Origin: Pseudorhodobacter sp. | Lineage (GTDB): Bacteria; Pseudomonadota; Alphaproteobacteria; Rhodobacterales; Rhodobacteraceae | Direction of reading: 5' to 3' | NCBI GenBank assembly: GCA_047636855.1 | Contig: JBLIGH010000001.1 | Span: forward strand, 1 to 33,825 | DNA: 33,825 nucleotides | In this document: one piece after another, positions 19,215-28,537 of the stretch | Layout of the letters: each line of letters starts with the position of its first letter | Position numbering within the stretch: the first letter of the stretch is position 1 | Notes under the pieces: model-generated | What the model was told of the DNA's origin: nothing | Seen by the model: only the letters and a program-made list of their open reading frames with translations | Database searches by the model: none | Program-made: the position numbers and the translations under genes

Positions 19215-20756
19215 TTAAAACCAGCGACCATGGGCAACCACACGCACGGGAATCGCGCCGGGTTTGGTGACGGATGACTTCACCCGCAGCGCGCAGGCGT
19301 TGGTGGTGGGCGTGCCGGTGGATAACCAAGTGTCGATATCATCCGCCGATCCGGTCACGACCGGGGCAGAGGCAAAGGTGCTGGGGAAGGTCCAGCCCAC
19401 ATCACCCGACCGGAAAATCGCGCCATCGGTTGTACTGCAATTTGCGGCTGACAAGGTGACCTGAGTGCAGCGCATCGTCCCATCGGCAAAACGCACATAA
19501 TTGCCATTGGCATTGCTGCCGCGTTCGACCACCGCCCCAGTGGGCAGACCTGCCGTCTGACCGACGGCACCGACCAGATTATCGCGGCTAAAGACCTGCG
19601 AGGTGCCGCGCAGCAGGTTGCTTGCCCGAACTGTGCCTGCCACTTGCAGCCTTTCGGAAGGCTCGGCGACACCAATGCCAACAAAGCCATCATGACGAAT
19701 CACCATCTGCTCGATCAGGTTGGACCCGGTATTGCTGCTAGGGTGGGTAAAGAATGCCAGCCCGCATTGATCAGCATCCGCAGAGGTCTGCTTTAGCGCA
19801 ACAACGGAACAAACCCGCGAGGTCGAACCGATCTTCGAAAAGCCCAAACTGGCGCCATAAGCGTTTTGGGCAGCGGTACCGCCGCGGATCAAAAGCAATG
19901 TGTTGTCCAACGCCGTGTCATAAAAGGTGGACGGCGCATCAAAGCGGATCGTGGTTTGCACCTCAACCTGCAACTCGCTGTTACTCAAGGTCGCGCGGAC
20001 CGCCCCCCCGGTGACAAGCCCGATTTTATTGCTGGCCGGGCGGGTCAGGCCGGTGTCGCTGTCAGCGGCGAAACTCAATGCAGGGCTGGCCGTGCTGCCA
20101 TCAGCAAGATCTAGCCCCACCGGGGCACTGACCCGTCCATTGGCGGCGGCCATGGTCAAGGCGGTGGCAAAGTTGCTGCCATCCGGGCTGACCTTGATCG
20201 AGAAATCATCGCCTCCTGCCAGACCCATTTCGGCGCGGCCCGCAAAGTTTGACTGAAACAGCAAACTGGCCGTGTCGCTGGTTCCAGCCTTGTTGATCTT
20301 AAGCTGATGCCCCGCCCCTTCATGGTTCAGCAATGTCGCTGTCGAAGCAACACTAAGCCGATTGCCCGCGTCAGAGCTGGCGTTGATGCCCACCCCCGCA
20401 AGGTTTTGCAAATCATCAGCGCCCAAAGTGCTGATCCAATCCGCGCCATCAAAGCGGCGCAACCCGTCGGGGCCAAACCCGATCCAGCCGGTCGCTGGCG
20501 TGGCAAAGGCCCAAGCCGCCCCGCGCCAGCTTGCCAGCGCCAACGCATGTCCCGCCCAAGCACCGATCGGGGTTGGCCCCAAAGCCCAAACCATGCCATC
20601 GCCAGGATCAACGGGCGGAATATTGGCCCCGAATTCCTGCACCACCAGCTGGACCACCACATCAAGACGATCAAGCGCCTCATTATGCGTGACATGCTTT
20701 TGGGACTGTGCTGGCTGGATCAGAGGAAGGGCAAGACGCGGAGAGAGTTCAGACAT
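19215..20756 (-). CDS. DUF2793-containing GTA/phage tail-fibre protein
   Basis: N-terminal LPLIQPAQSQKHVTHNEALDRLD and GAWAGH...W (DUF2793); GAGHQLKINKA...GRAEMGLAGGDDFSIKVSPDG; C-terminal fibre motif GAVVERGSNANGNYVRFADGTMRC ending GRWF. Confidence 0.85.
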   Translation of the reverse strand: MSELSPRLALPLIQPAQSQKHVTHNEALDRLDVVVQLVVQEFGANIPPVDPGDGMVWALGPTPIGAWAGHALALASWRGAAWAFATPATGWIGFGPDGLRRFDGADWISTLGADDLQNLAGVGINASSDAGNRLSVASTATLLNHEGAGHQLKINKAGTSDTASLLFQSNFAGRAEMGLAGGDDFSIKVSPDGSNFATALTMAAANGRVSAPVGLDLADGSTASPALSFAADSDTGLTRPASNKIGLVTGGAVRATLSNSELQVEVQTTIRFDAPSTFYDTALDNTLLLIRGGTAAQNAYGASLGFSKIGSTSRVCSVVALKQTSADADQCGLAFFTHPSSNTGSNLIEQMVIRHDGFVGIGVAEPSERLQVAGTVRASNLLRGTSQVFSRDNLVGAVGQTAGLPTGAVVERGSNANGNYVRFADGTMRCTQVTLSAANCSTTDGAIFRSGDVGWTFPSTFASAPVVTGSADDIDTWLSTGTPTTNACALRVKSSVTKPGAIPVRVVAHGRWF

Positions 20757-20862
20757 ATGGCACGGACCTTTTGCAGGTAGAGGCCGGAGTGAACCGGCGA
20801 TTGACTACTGCGGAAAATGGTCAATTCGGGCTGAAGATCCCCCTAACAAGGCTTACGGTCTG

Positions 20863-20877
20863 TGAACGAAGCGTTAA
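20863..20877 (-). promoter_or_regulatory. Candidate CtrA box upstream of the fibre gene
   Basis: The minus strand reads TTAA-CGCTTCG-TTCA(C), one mismatch to TTAA-N7-TTAA(C), about 107 nt upstream of the fibre ATG. Confidence 0.45.
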
Positions 20878-20929
20878 TCAAACCCTTGCGGTTTTGGTAC
20901 CAAGACAGGGGTAATCGTGGCGGGTTTGA

Positions 20930-23410
20930 TCAAAAATCAATCCCGCTCATTTCATGGTGGTGGATGCTGTTTGACATGCGCAGCGCCACTTCGGAAAAAG
21001 AGCTCCAATTGCTGCCCAAAAGCGTGGTGCAGCGCGCCAGAAGGGCGATATCGGCCAGCGCATATTGTAATTGCAGTGCCGAGCGGTCAAAGACCGAACG
21101 CTCCAACCATGCCAGCCGATTGCCATATGTTTCGCTGAACACGCGGTAGGTATCGGGCAGATCGGCTGCCAGAAACAGTTTGGCACCGGGATCTTCGAGC
21201 AACAGTTTGTCGAGCCGGGTCAGGAAATGCCGATAATGGCTTTTTTCGCGCCAATGGGTGATGGCCTCATGGCTGTCCGGGCGCCAGTTTTCGGCGCTGT
21301 CATAGCTGTTGGTATCGGTTCCAGCAGCGCCCTCCATCCGCACATGCAAGGCAATATCGCGGTGATCGGGTACATCGGCCATCAGCGCACGCACCGCCGC
21401 ATTGGGCTGCAGGCCGCGCAGCAGCAAATTTTCACTGTCCCAATTGCTGGCTGGATGCTTGATCACAAAGGCCGAGCGCAGATAGGCATCGCGGCCCGCC
21501 TCCAACAAAAGCGGCGCATCTTTCACCGCATCGGCCTCCATCTCCATATAGTTTAGAAATGTCAGTCCTGCCGCCCGCGCATCAGGCACGAAGCTTTCCT
21601 CAATCACCGCGCCGTTATAGTCGAACAGGTCCGACATCCGGCCTTGACAGTGATGATCGGGCTGCCAGACCACAACCAATTCGCGGTCGGTGGCCCGGGC
21701 GATGGCGTCAGCAGAGCCGATGGCACGCATCCGGTTGCCCAAGCCATGCTGACCATCCACAAAGATACGCGCCCGCGCCGCGCCACCTTCGGGCGCGGCC
21801 AACGGACCCGTTGCTTGCCCTGCAACTTTCAACCGGATCACCGGATGTTCCGCAAATTTTGTCAAATCGCCCGCAGGTTCTGCAATGTCTTGTACATGGC
21901 CCAACGGGCTGCAACTGGGCAAAAGCGGGGCTGGGATGCCCATTTGACTGGCTTGGGCAAACAGCGGTTTTGGCACCTGCACCACCAGCACCCGCCCAAG
22001 TGCCGCCGCTTGCTGGGTCAGGCCTGCAACCTGCGCTAAAAGCGGCTCTGCACCTGCCAAAACGGCGACCTCATTTAGCTCGGCGATCAGAAATTGCGGG
22101 GCGGCCACCTGTTCGATCGCAGCCTGCGCCAGCATCAATTCCACCTGTAAGGCGGTAATGGCGCTCAGACTGCACCGTTGCAGCAAGGTTTGCAGCGCCT
22201 CGGGCATCAGATCATAAACCCGCAAACCGGCACGCCAAGCCAACATTTCAGTGGCGGCCAGAGTTTCGGCCATTTGACACAGGTGGTCGGGCACCAGATG
22301 CGGCATCTCGCCAGTCCGGCGCAGTAGCAAACTCTGAGGCCCAAGTTCGGTCACACGGTAAGGCAACATCACCCGCCAGCCATCCCAGGGCGGCATTAAT
22401 GTCGCCAGAAACCGATTGCTGCGGGTCTTGAACAAGGGCATCCGTCGCATCTCGGCCCAGGCCGAAACCTGACCCAACTCCGTTGGCTGATCCAGCCGCG
22501 CGGCGTCATCATGGTCCAGATGATGCACCGAAGCGGGCGTAATATCGGTCCGGGCCAGACCCTGCGCCATGAGCCTTTCATACAGGTCATCGTCATCCCA
22601 GCCATAAGTGGTGATGAACTCGTTGAACCCCTGCACCGCCATCAAATCGCTACGCGCCACCTGAAGCACGCCGTTAATATATTCCTGCCCATTTGCAGCA
22701 TTGCGCCAGTTCCCCGCCCTAAAGCGCCCCGGTTGTGGCGGATTGTCGGCGGTAAAATCTGGGCGCAGCACGATATCAGCGTCCACTTTCAAAATCGTGG
22801 CATGGCGCGCCACCCGAAAGCCTAGGTTGAAAGCATAAGACAAAATCCAGCGGGGTTCGTCTTCGACCCGGGCAATCACGATCCGTGGGTCAACCAGCCC
22901 TGCATCGCGCAGGGACACCGCCACGGGCATATCCGAGCTCCAATCAACGATCACGATCTCGGATATGCCCGGCACAGCCAACCAAGAGGGCAAGGCGCGG
23001 ATCAGGTTTTCATTGCGATTCTTGCAGCAGGTCACCAGCGATAGGCCAGGCTGCACCTTTTGGATGTAATTCGACAGCGCAGCCTTATCCGCAACAGCCC
23101 GGGTTGCAGCCACCGGGGCGCGCGCGATGGGCAGGCTTTGCCCATCCATCACGGCAGAGCAGGGGATCGCGTCCAACGCCAACCCGTAGGTGGTTAAAAA
23201 ACCCGTCAGCGCTGTGCGGCGGCCCTCGATCAGCTCTGCCTCAGATGCATCGCCATCCACCATCGCCGCACGTTCCGTCAGCCGGGTCGCCTGACGCGTC
23301 AGTTCGTCCACAGCCTCCGCCTGGCCCTCGGGCCCCCGACCCAGAAGCGCGCGGGCATGATCCAACCCCCGCCAGAAACCCATCGGGCCTTGAGTGGATA
23401 TGCTGCTCAT
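20930..23410 (-). CDS. Fused glycosyltransferase: GT2/GT7-like domain plus C-terminal fucosyltransferase-like domain
   Basis: GT-A motifs SLVTCCKNR, IVDWSS, KVDAD and GFNEFITTYGWDDDDLYERL. C-terminal HGLGNRMRA, LHVRM, FLAAD and ALADIALLARC...GSNWSSFS are GDP-fucose-transferase-type motifs. Confidence 0.85.
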   Translation of the reverse strand: MSSISTQGPMGFWRGLDHARALLGRGPEGQAEAVDELTRQATRLTERAAMVDGDASEAELIEGRRTALTGFLTTYGLALDAIPCSAVMDGQSLPIARAPVAATRAVADKAALSNYIQKVQPGLSLVTCCKNRNENLIRALPSWLAVPGISEIVIVDWSSDMPVAVSLRDAGLVDPRIVIARVEDEPRWILSYAFNLGFRVARHATILKVDADIVLRPDFTADNPPQPGRFRAGNWRNAANGQEYINGVLQVARSDLMAVQGFNEFITTYGWDDDDLYERLMAQGLARTDITPASVHHLDHDDAARLDQPTELGQVSAWAEMRRMPLFKTRSNRFLATLMPPWDGWRVMLPYRVTELGPQSLLLRRTGEMPHLVPDHLCQMAETLAATEMLAWRAGLRVYDLMPEALQTLLQRCSLSAITALQVELMLAQAAIEQVAAPQFLIAELNEVAVLAGAEPLLAQVAGLTQQAAALGRVLVVQVPKPLFAQASQMGIPAPLLPSCSPLGHVQDIAEPAGDLTKFAEHPVIRLKVAGQATGPLAAPEGGAARARIFVDGQHGLGNRMRAIGSADAIARATDRELVVVWQPDHHCQGRMSDLFDYNGAVIEESFVPDARAAGLTFLNYMEMEADAVKDAPLLLEAGRDAYLRSAFVIKHPASNWDSENLLLRGLQPNAAVRALMADVPDHRDIALHVRMEGAAGTDTNSYDSAENWRPDSHEAITHWREKSHYRHFLTRLDKLLLEDPGAKLFLAADLPDTYRVFSETYGNRLAWLERSVFDRSALQLQYALADIALLARCTTLLGSNWSSFSEVALRMSNSIHHHEMSGIDF

Positions 23411-23434
23411 CAAAGATCGCCTCGCTGCAAAGCT

Positions 23435-24343
23435 TTAGCCCCGTTTTTCCAACAACACGCCGGTTTGCCAGCCATAGGCATTGGGCTGCGCCAGCTTGAC
23501 CTCCATCCAGCGCCCAATCCGCGCCAGCCATGCTTCGCGCCGGTAAACCGCGCGTTGCAGCCAAGGTGTCGTGCGGGTGACAAAGCCCACCCAGTCTTTC
23601 GACAGCATCCCCGTTGCTGAATCCAGCTCTGCCACATGAATGTTAGAGGGATGGTCCGGTTTTAGCCGTGCCACTTCTGCCAATGTCGTCTCATCCGAGA
23701 TGGTCAGGTAAAGCCGCCCGCCGGGGCGCAAAATCCGGCGCATTTCCAACAGCCATGCATCGTCCAACTCGCCGATATGGGTCCAGACCGAACCGGCAAA
23801 AATCAGCCCAAAATGCCCATCTTCAAAAGGCAGATGCGGTGCTGTGGTATTGGTGAAAAAGTGAAAGGGCGGTGACAGATGTGCCTGCGCCCAATGGATT
23901 GCTGCGGAATGCAGATCAACGCCCCAAATTTCGGCATCGCGTGCCTCAACCTCTAGGTGGCGCATCATCCGTCCCCCAGAGCAGCCAAATTCCAAAACCC
24001 GCTCTCCGGCCAGATCAAAGCCATCTGCGGCCAGAATTCGCCGCATAGCGCGCATATCGCTAAGCCCGGATTTCAGATACAGATCGTCGTGATATTTGCC
24101 ATCTTTGAACCCGTAATAATGCCGCAGCGCGGTTGGCGGCACCCGCTCGGCCAAAGGCCGCAGGCGGTCTTCGTCAGGCATGGCATAAAGCGCATAGCCG
24201 TTTTGCGACCGGTCCTCGGGGTAAAAGGTGCCTGCCAGATTGGTGGCATTCATCATCAGGTTTTCCAGCTCGCGGATATCAGTCACGCCCAGCGCGCCGC
24301 GAAACCGTTCCTGATTGAGCCGCTGTCGGTCATTGTCTGACAT
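23435..24343 (-). CDS. Class I SAM-dependent methyltransferase
   Basis: Motifs VLEFGCSGGR, WGVD, LPFEDGHFGLI, SVWTH and RILRPGG. Confidence 0.92.
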   Translation of the reverse strand: MSDNDRQRLNQERFRGALGVTDIRELENLMMNATNLAGTFYPEDRSQNGYALYAMPDEDRLRPLAERVPPTALRHYYGFKDGKYHDDLYLKSGLSDMRAMRRILAADGFDLAGERVLEFGCSGGRMMRHLEVEARDAEIWGVDLHSAAIHWAQAHLSPPFHFFTNTTAPHLPFEDGHFGLIFAGSVWTHIGELDDAWLLEMRRILRPGGRLYLTISDETTLAEVARLKPDHPSNIHVAELDSATGMLSKDWVGFVTRTTPWLQRAVYRREAWLARIGRWMEVKLAQPNAYGWQTGVLLEKRG

Positions 24344-24372
24344 GTGATCCTTAAACGGGGTTAAGGGGCGGT

Positions 24373-25041
24373 TTAAGCCCAGCGATGATGAGTGCGAAAG
24401 CGACCTGCGGTTTTGACAAAAGCCAGATCGACATAGCCCAGCGCTTTGTCAAAAGGCCGAGTTTGATAGCTTAGGATATCATAAACCGAAAACCCAGCGT
24501 CACGCATAAAGCTGATAATCGCGCCAAAATCACCCAAGGCAGGATCGCCAGCGGGGTGGAACATATTGACTTCCATTACCACCAGATCGACCTTTTCCAA
24601 AAAGGCCTTCCCGCCTTTGACAACTTTCAGATCATAGCCCTGACAATCGGTTTTCAGCAAAATTGGCCCTGCCAGATCACGCGACCCCAGCAAGCCGTCC
24701 AGCGTCTCGACCCGGACCGCGCGCGCGGTTTTGCTGTCTTGCGCATTGGCCAGCGAGGCCCCCTGAACAGCGCCTTGCGGCACTTTCATCAAAAACTCGC
24801 CCGCAACATCGCCAAGCGCCAGCATATGATATTCACCCCGGCGGGTTTGCAATATCTGCTTCATGCGGTCTTCCAACTCTGCCACCGGCTCGAACAAGAT
24901 GTGATAAGCGTCCTGAAAGCCTTGCTGCAATTCGGGCGTGCCATAGCAAACACCAACATCAATCACCGTGCCGGGATTGAAACCGGCCTCTTTGACAAAG
25001 CCAACGAATTCGTCAAATTCCCGGATTGGGCGGCGGCTCAT
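24373..25041 (-). CDS. FkbM-family methyltransferase
   Basis: Motifs VIDVGVCYG, LFEP, VETLD and LLKTDCQGYDLKVVKG. Confidence 0.9.
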   Translation of the reverse strand: MSRRPIREFDEFVGFVKEAGFNPGTVIDVGVCYGTPELQQGFQDAYHILFEPVAELEDRMKQILQTRRGEYHMLALGDVAGEFLMKVPQGAVQGASLANAQDSKTARAVRVETLDGLLGSRDLAGPILLKTDCQGYDLKVVKGGKAFLEKVDLVVMEVNMFHPAGDPALGDFGAIISFMRDAGFSVYDILSYQTRPFDKALGYVDLAFVKTAGRFRTHHRWA

Positions 25042-26243
25042 GACAAGGCCCTTCCGGCAAGGGTCTGGATTGGGCCCGTCAGGGGCAGGCCGATATGGTC
25101 ACAGGCCGCAAGCAGTTGCGCCGCTGCACGCCCGCGCCACGCATCAAACGCCGCCCCGTCAAATCGAATGCGGCCCAGGGCATCGCCCAAATGGGGGCTG
25201 GCCATCGCATCCGCCATGCTTAGCTGCGGCAGATGCATGGTGTCGGCCAATTCCGAAGTGCGGCTGTCATGGGTGATGATCGCCGCAAGGGTGCCTGCCG
25301 CCAGCGCAGCCATAGTGCCATGCAGCCTTGTGCCCAGCACCAGATTGCACGCGCCCATCGCCGCGATCCAATCGGGGGCAGAGCTGTAAAACCGACCCTG
25401 TCGCGCCAAATAGGCCCAAACTTCCAGCGGCGTCACATTGGGGGCCAGCACTGCCGCGATCGAGTGCAAGGTCTGTAGCTCCAGATCATACCAATGACCA
25501 TCCGCCGCCTTCATCGATGACAATCCACCCGATTGCTGCACATAAAACCCGTCTGCCGCGCGGGCCCAGGCAAATAATCGCCGCTCCAGATCCTGTTTAG
25601 GCGCATCGCCGCGTATCTCAAACGGGGCGGCGGCGGTCAGCGCAAAGCGCGGCGCGAACTGGCCTTGGGCTTGATCCTGTTGCAGCCCGGCCAACTTGAC
25701 CGCCAACTTTTGCCCCATCTCGGGGTCCGGGTTCAAAAAGACCGAAGGGCAGCCCAAAGCCAGCGTTCCGGTCAGGCCCAATTCTTCGCAAGCGCGCCGC
25801 GAAAATTGGCCCCGAACCGTGACCAACACGGCCTTTTCACGCAAAATATCAACCAAACGCCGCACATGTGGGTCGGTTTTCAGCCCGGCAATCGTCGCCG
25901 ATTCGCCTTCGGGCCCCGGGGCCTGCGCACCCAGACCAAAGATCACCAGCGGCCGTTTGCAATTGCCAAGGTAATTGTTCAGCCCAGTCCAATCCGCCCC
26001 AAGCCGCAGATGGTTGGCCGCCGGAAAGACCAAGGCCTGCGCCCGCGACAGGGCGGACGTATCGGAATAAGGTGTTTCGGCCGGGGAAATATGTGTCAGA
26101 TCGGCGTCGATCAGCTGAGTTGCCGCATATTGAAACATCAGATTGCCAGCATTAGCCCCCAAGACCTTCAACAAGGCTTCAGGGTCAAAGCGTGCGGGAT
26201 CACGGACATAGCCGGGGGTTCCCAAAAGGACAAAAGAGGGCAT
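25038..26243 (-). CDS. Polysaccharide pyruvyltransferase-family protein
   Basis: Motifs GANAGNLMFQYA, FGLGAQ, VTVRG, LGCPS, GTRLHG...ALAAG and HDSRT. Confidence 0.85.
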   Translation of the reverse strand: MPSFVLLGTPGYVRDPARFDPEALLKVLGANAGNLMFQYAATQLIDADLTHISPAETPYSDTSALSRAQALVFPAANHLRLGADWTGLNNYLGNCKRPLVIFGLGAQAPGPEGESATIAGLKTDPHVRRLVDILREKAVLVTVRGQFSRRACEELGLTGTLALGCPSVFLNPDPEMGQKLAVKLAGLQQDQAQGQFAPRFALTAAAPFEIRGDAPKQDLERRLFAWARAADGFYVQQSGGLSSMKAADGHWYDLELQTLHSIAAVLAPNVTPLEVWAYLARQGRFYSSAPDWIAAMGACNLVLGTRLHGTMAALAAGTLAAIITHDSRTSELADTMHLPQLSMADAMASPHLGDALGRIRFDGAAFDAWRGRAAAQLLAACDHIGLPLTGPIQTLAGRALS

Positions 26244-26349
26244 TTGTGCGGTTCCGACCTCTGATTACAGCTTTTTCGGTATCTTCCGTTTGCCATGGCA
26301 GTTCAATAGCCTATTGCCCTGCTGGCCTCTATGCTTAACCTGCCAACTG

Positions 26350-26364
26350 TTAAGACAAGGTTAG
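26350..26364. promoter_or_regulatory. Candidate CtrA box in the divergent promoter of the glycan locus
   Basis: TTAA-GACAAGG-TTAG (one mismatch) plus a TTAACC half-site at 26335, nested within an AACCTGCC...GGCAGGTT inverted repeat. Confidence 0.45.
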
Positions 26365-26475
26365 GCAGGTTCGGGCAGAGTGAGGCGGCGGTATGACATC
26401 TTGTTGACGCCCCGGCACAAATTGCCGATGCACCACAAAGCGGGCCTGACCCCAAATATGAAAAGAGAGAGTGTG

Positions 26476-27327
26476 ATGCCACGCGCCACCGCCACGGTTG
26501 TATTTCTGGATTTAGGGGCCACAGGCCTGCCCGATCTGGCCCAGCAGCTTTGCGCCGCCTCTGTTGCGTTGCCAGACCGCCGCCCGTTTTGTCAAATGAA
26601 GCTGGCCCAATTTGCAGCGGGCAGTTGGCACGTGGCAGAAGGCGCTTTGGCCGATCTGCTGAAAACCGCGCCCGGTCGGTTCCATTTTGTGGGTTTCGTT
26701 CCCCCGGCCACCAGCCTTATCGGTCCCGCACCGCTGGCCGGCTTGGCCGATTGGCAAAACCGCCTAAAGGCCCTGCTGAATTTGGCGGCGCCCAACCTTT
26801 ACCTTGTGCCCACGGATTTTGTCGAGGCCGAACCAGAGGCCGTATTGGCGCAAATCTCGGCGCGGGTGGGGCAACGAATAGCCTTGCCAGAAAGCGCGTT
26901 CGCACGCCCGCCTTGTGCCGCCCAAACCCCTTTGCAAGCTTTGCTCGCCGGTCTTGCCCTGCGCCAAAACCCAAAAGCCCGGGCCCTGATGGCCACCCTA
27001 TACGACACAGCGTCAGCCTCGCCACTAGCAGATGTCAGCGCACTGGATCAGGCAGCAGGTGCTGTGCTGCAGGCCGAAGCAGACCTGCGCCAACGCCTTT
27101 TGGAACAAGGGTTGCGGCGGCGCGAAGTTGAAATCGCCGCCCAAGAGAGCGAATCGTTGCTGCAAGACCAGATCGCGGCGATGCACAAGCTTGCCGAAAC
27201 CCAACAGGCCGAACTCTACACCCTGCGCGCCGAAAAAGACGCCGCACTTGAAAGAGTGGACGCACTTTTGTCTTCTACCTCGTGGCGGGTCACAGCGCCT
27301 TTGCGGCGGCTGCGTGGTGGGCGCTAA
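26476..27327 (+). CDS. Hypothetical glycan-locus protein with coiled coil and C-terminal SWRVTAPLR motif
   Basis: GAGAG before (GTG)ATG 26476; heptad-rich QAEADLRQRLL...ERVDALL; ends SSTSWRVTAPLRRLRGGR. Confidence 0.7.
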   Translation: MPRATATVVFLDLGATGLPDLAQQLCAASVALPDRRPFCQMKLAQFAAGSWHVAEGALADLLKTAPGRFHFVGFVPPATSLIGPAPLAGLADWQNRLKALLNLAAPNLYLVPTDFVEAEPEAVLAQISARVGQRIALPESAFARPPCAAQTPLQALLAGLALRQNPKARALMATLYDTASASPLADVSALDQAAGAVLQAEADLRQRLLEQGLRRREVEIAAQESESLLQDQIAAMHKLAETQQAELYTLRAEKDAALERVDALLSSTSWRVTAPLRRLRGGR

Positions 27328-27411
27328 GGCAATAGGCCTTTGCCCCTTTGGGCTTGGTCGTAAGCAACAGATAGAAATTCCCCAGTATACAAAGCGTAAT
27401 GGAGACCAATT

Positions 27412-28533
27412 TTGACCCGCACAGCCCTGATCACCGGCATCACCGGTCAAGACGGTTCTTATCTGGCAGAGCTTTTGCTGCAAAAAGGCTATGATGTGCA
27501 CGGCATCAAGCGCCGGGCCTCGTCGCTCAACACCGCCCGTGTCGATCACATTTACAAAGACCCCCATACCGATAACAGCCGCTTTCATCTGCATTACGGC
27601 GATCTGACCGACAGCTCCAACCTGACGCGGATACTGTCCGAAGTGCAGCCCGATGAGGTTTATAACCTTGGTGCGCAATCCCATGTTGCGGTCAGCTTTG
27701 AAGCGCCAGAATATACCGCCGAAGTCGATGCAATGGGCACTTTGCGCCTGCTAGAGGCGATCCGATTTCTGAAGTTAGAGGGCAAGACCCGGTTTTATCA
27801 GGCCTCCACCTCTGAACTTTACGGCAAGGTGCGTGAAATGCCACAGTCAGAGACCACGCCCTTCCATCCGCGCAGCCCTTACGGCGTGGCAAAAATCTAT
27901 GCCTATTGGATCACTGTGAATTACCGCGAGGCCTATGGCATCCATGCCAGCAACGGCATTTTGTTCAATCATGAAAGCCCCCGGCGCGGCGAGACCTTCG
28001 TGACGCGCAAAATCACCCGCGGTCTGGCCAATATCGCATTGGGGGCAGAACCCTGCCTATACATGGGCAATCTGGATGCGCTGCGCGATTGGGGCCACGC
28101 CAATGATTATGTCTATGCGCAATGGTTGATGCTGCAACAAGAGGTGCCCGATGATTATGTCATTGCCAGCGGCGTACAGCATTCCGTGCGTGATTTCGTG
28201 ATCTGGGCGGCGGCAGAACTGGGTCTGACCCTGCGCTTTGAAGGCGAAGGCTTGGCCGAAACCGCGGTAATAGAGACTATTCAGGGCGATCTGGCCCCAG
28301 CGCTGACCCCCGGTCAGGTGATCTTGCGGATTGATCCACGCTACTTTCGCCCCGCCGAGGTCGACAGCCTGTTGGGCAATCCCTCTAAGGCACTCGACAA
28401 GCTGGGGTGGCAGGCCACAACCTCGGCTCGTGAAATGTGTGCCGAAATGATGGCCGAAGATCTGCGCGCCGCGCGCCGTCATGCTTTGCTGAAATCGCAC
28501 GGGCTAGACCTGCCCGTCAGCTTTGAAGGTTAG
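27412..28533 (+). CDS. gmd: GDP-mannose 4,6-dehydratase
   Basis: Motifs [28 protein letters not shown] and [19 protein letters not shown] start with GGAG RBS. Confidence 0.97.
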   Translation: MTRTALITGITGQDGSYLAELLLQKGYDVHGIKRRASSLNTARVDHIYKDPHTDNSRFHLHYGDLTDSSNLTRILSEVQPDEVYNLGAQSHVAVSFEAPEYTAEVDAMGTLRLLEAIRFLKLEGKTRFYQASTSELYGKVREMPQSETTPFHPRSPYGVAKIYAYWITVNYREAYGIHASNGILFNHESPRRGETFVTRKITRGLANIALGAEPCLYMGNLDALRDWGHANDYVYAQWLMLQQEVPDDYVIASGVQHSVRDFVIWAAAELGLTLRFEGEGLAETAVIETIQGDLAPALTPGQVILRIDPRYFRPAEVDSLLGNPSKALDKLGWQATTSAREMCAEMMAEDLRAARRHALLKSHGLDLPVSFEG

Positions 28534-28537
28534 GGCG

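Noticed and set aside
16926-20756. queCDE next to a phage-like gene as a 7-deazaguanine DNA-modification (dpd) system
   Set aside because: No dpdA/TGT-like gene, helicase or folE in the window. The preQ1 riboswitch points to ordinary queuosine precursor synthesis, and the fibre module is convergent and separate.
18802-20756. Intact prophage
   Set aside because: Only two structural-type genes. The integrase remnant is 18 kb away and separated by housekeeping genes.
24351-24376. Three TTAA motifs as a CtrA site
   Set aside because: Spacers are 6 and 8 nt rather than 7, one motif includes a stop codon, and the site lies in a 29-nt intra-operon gap.
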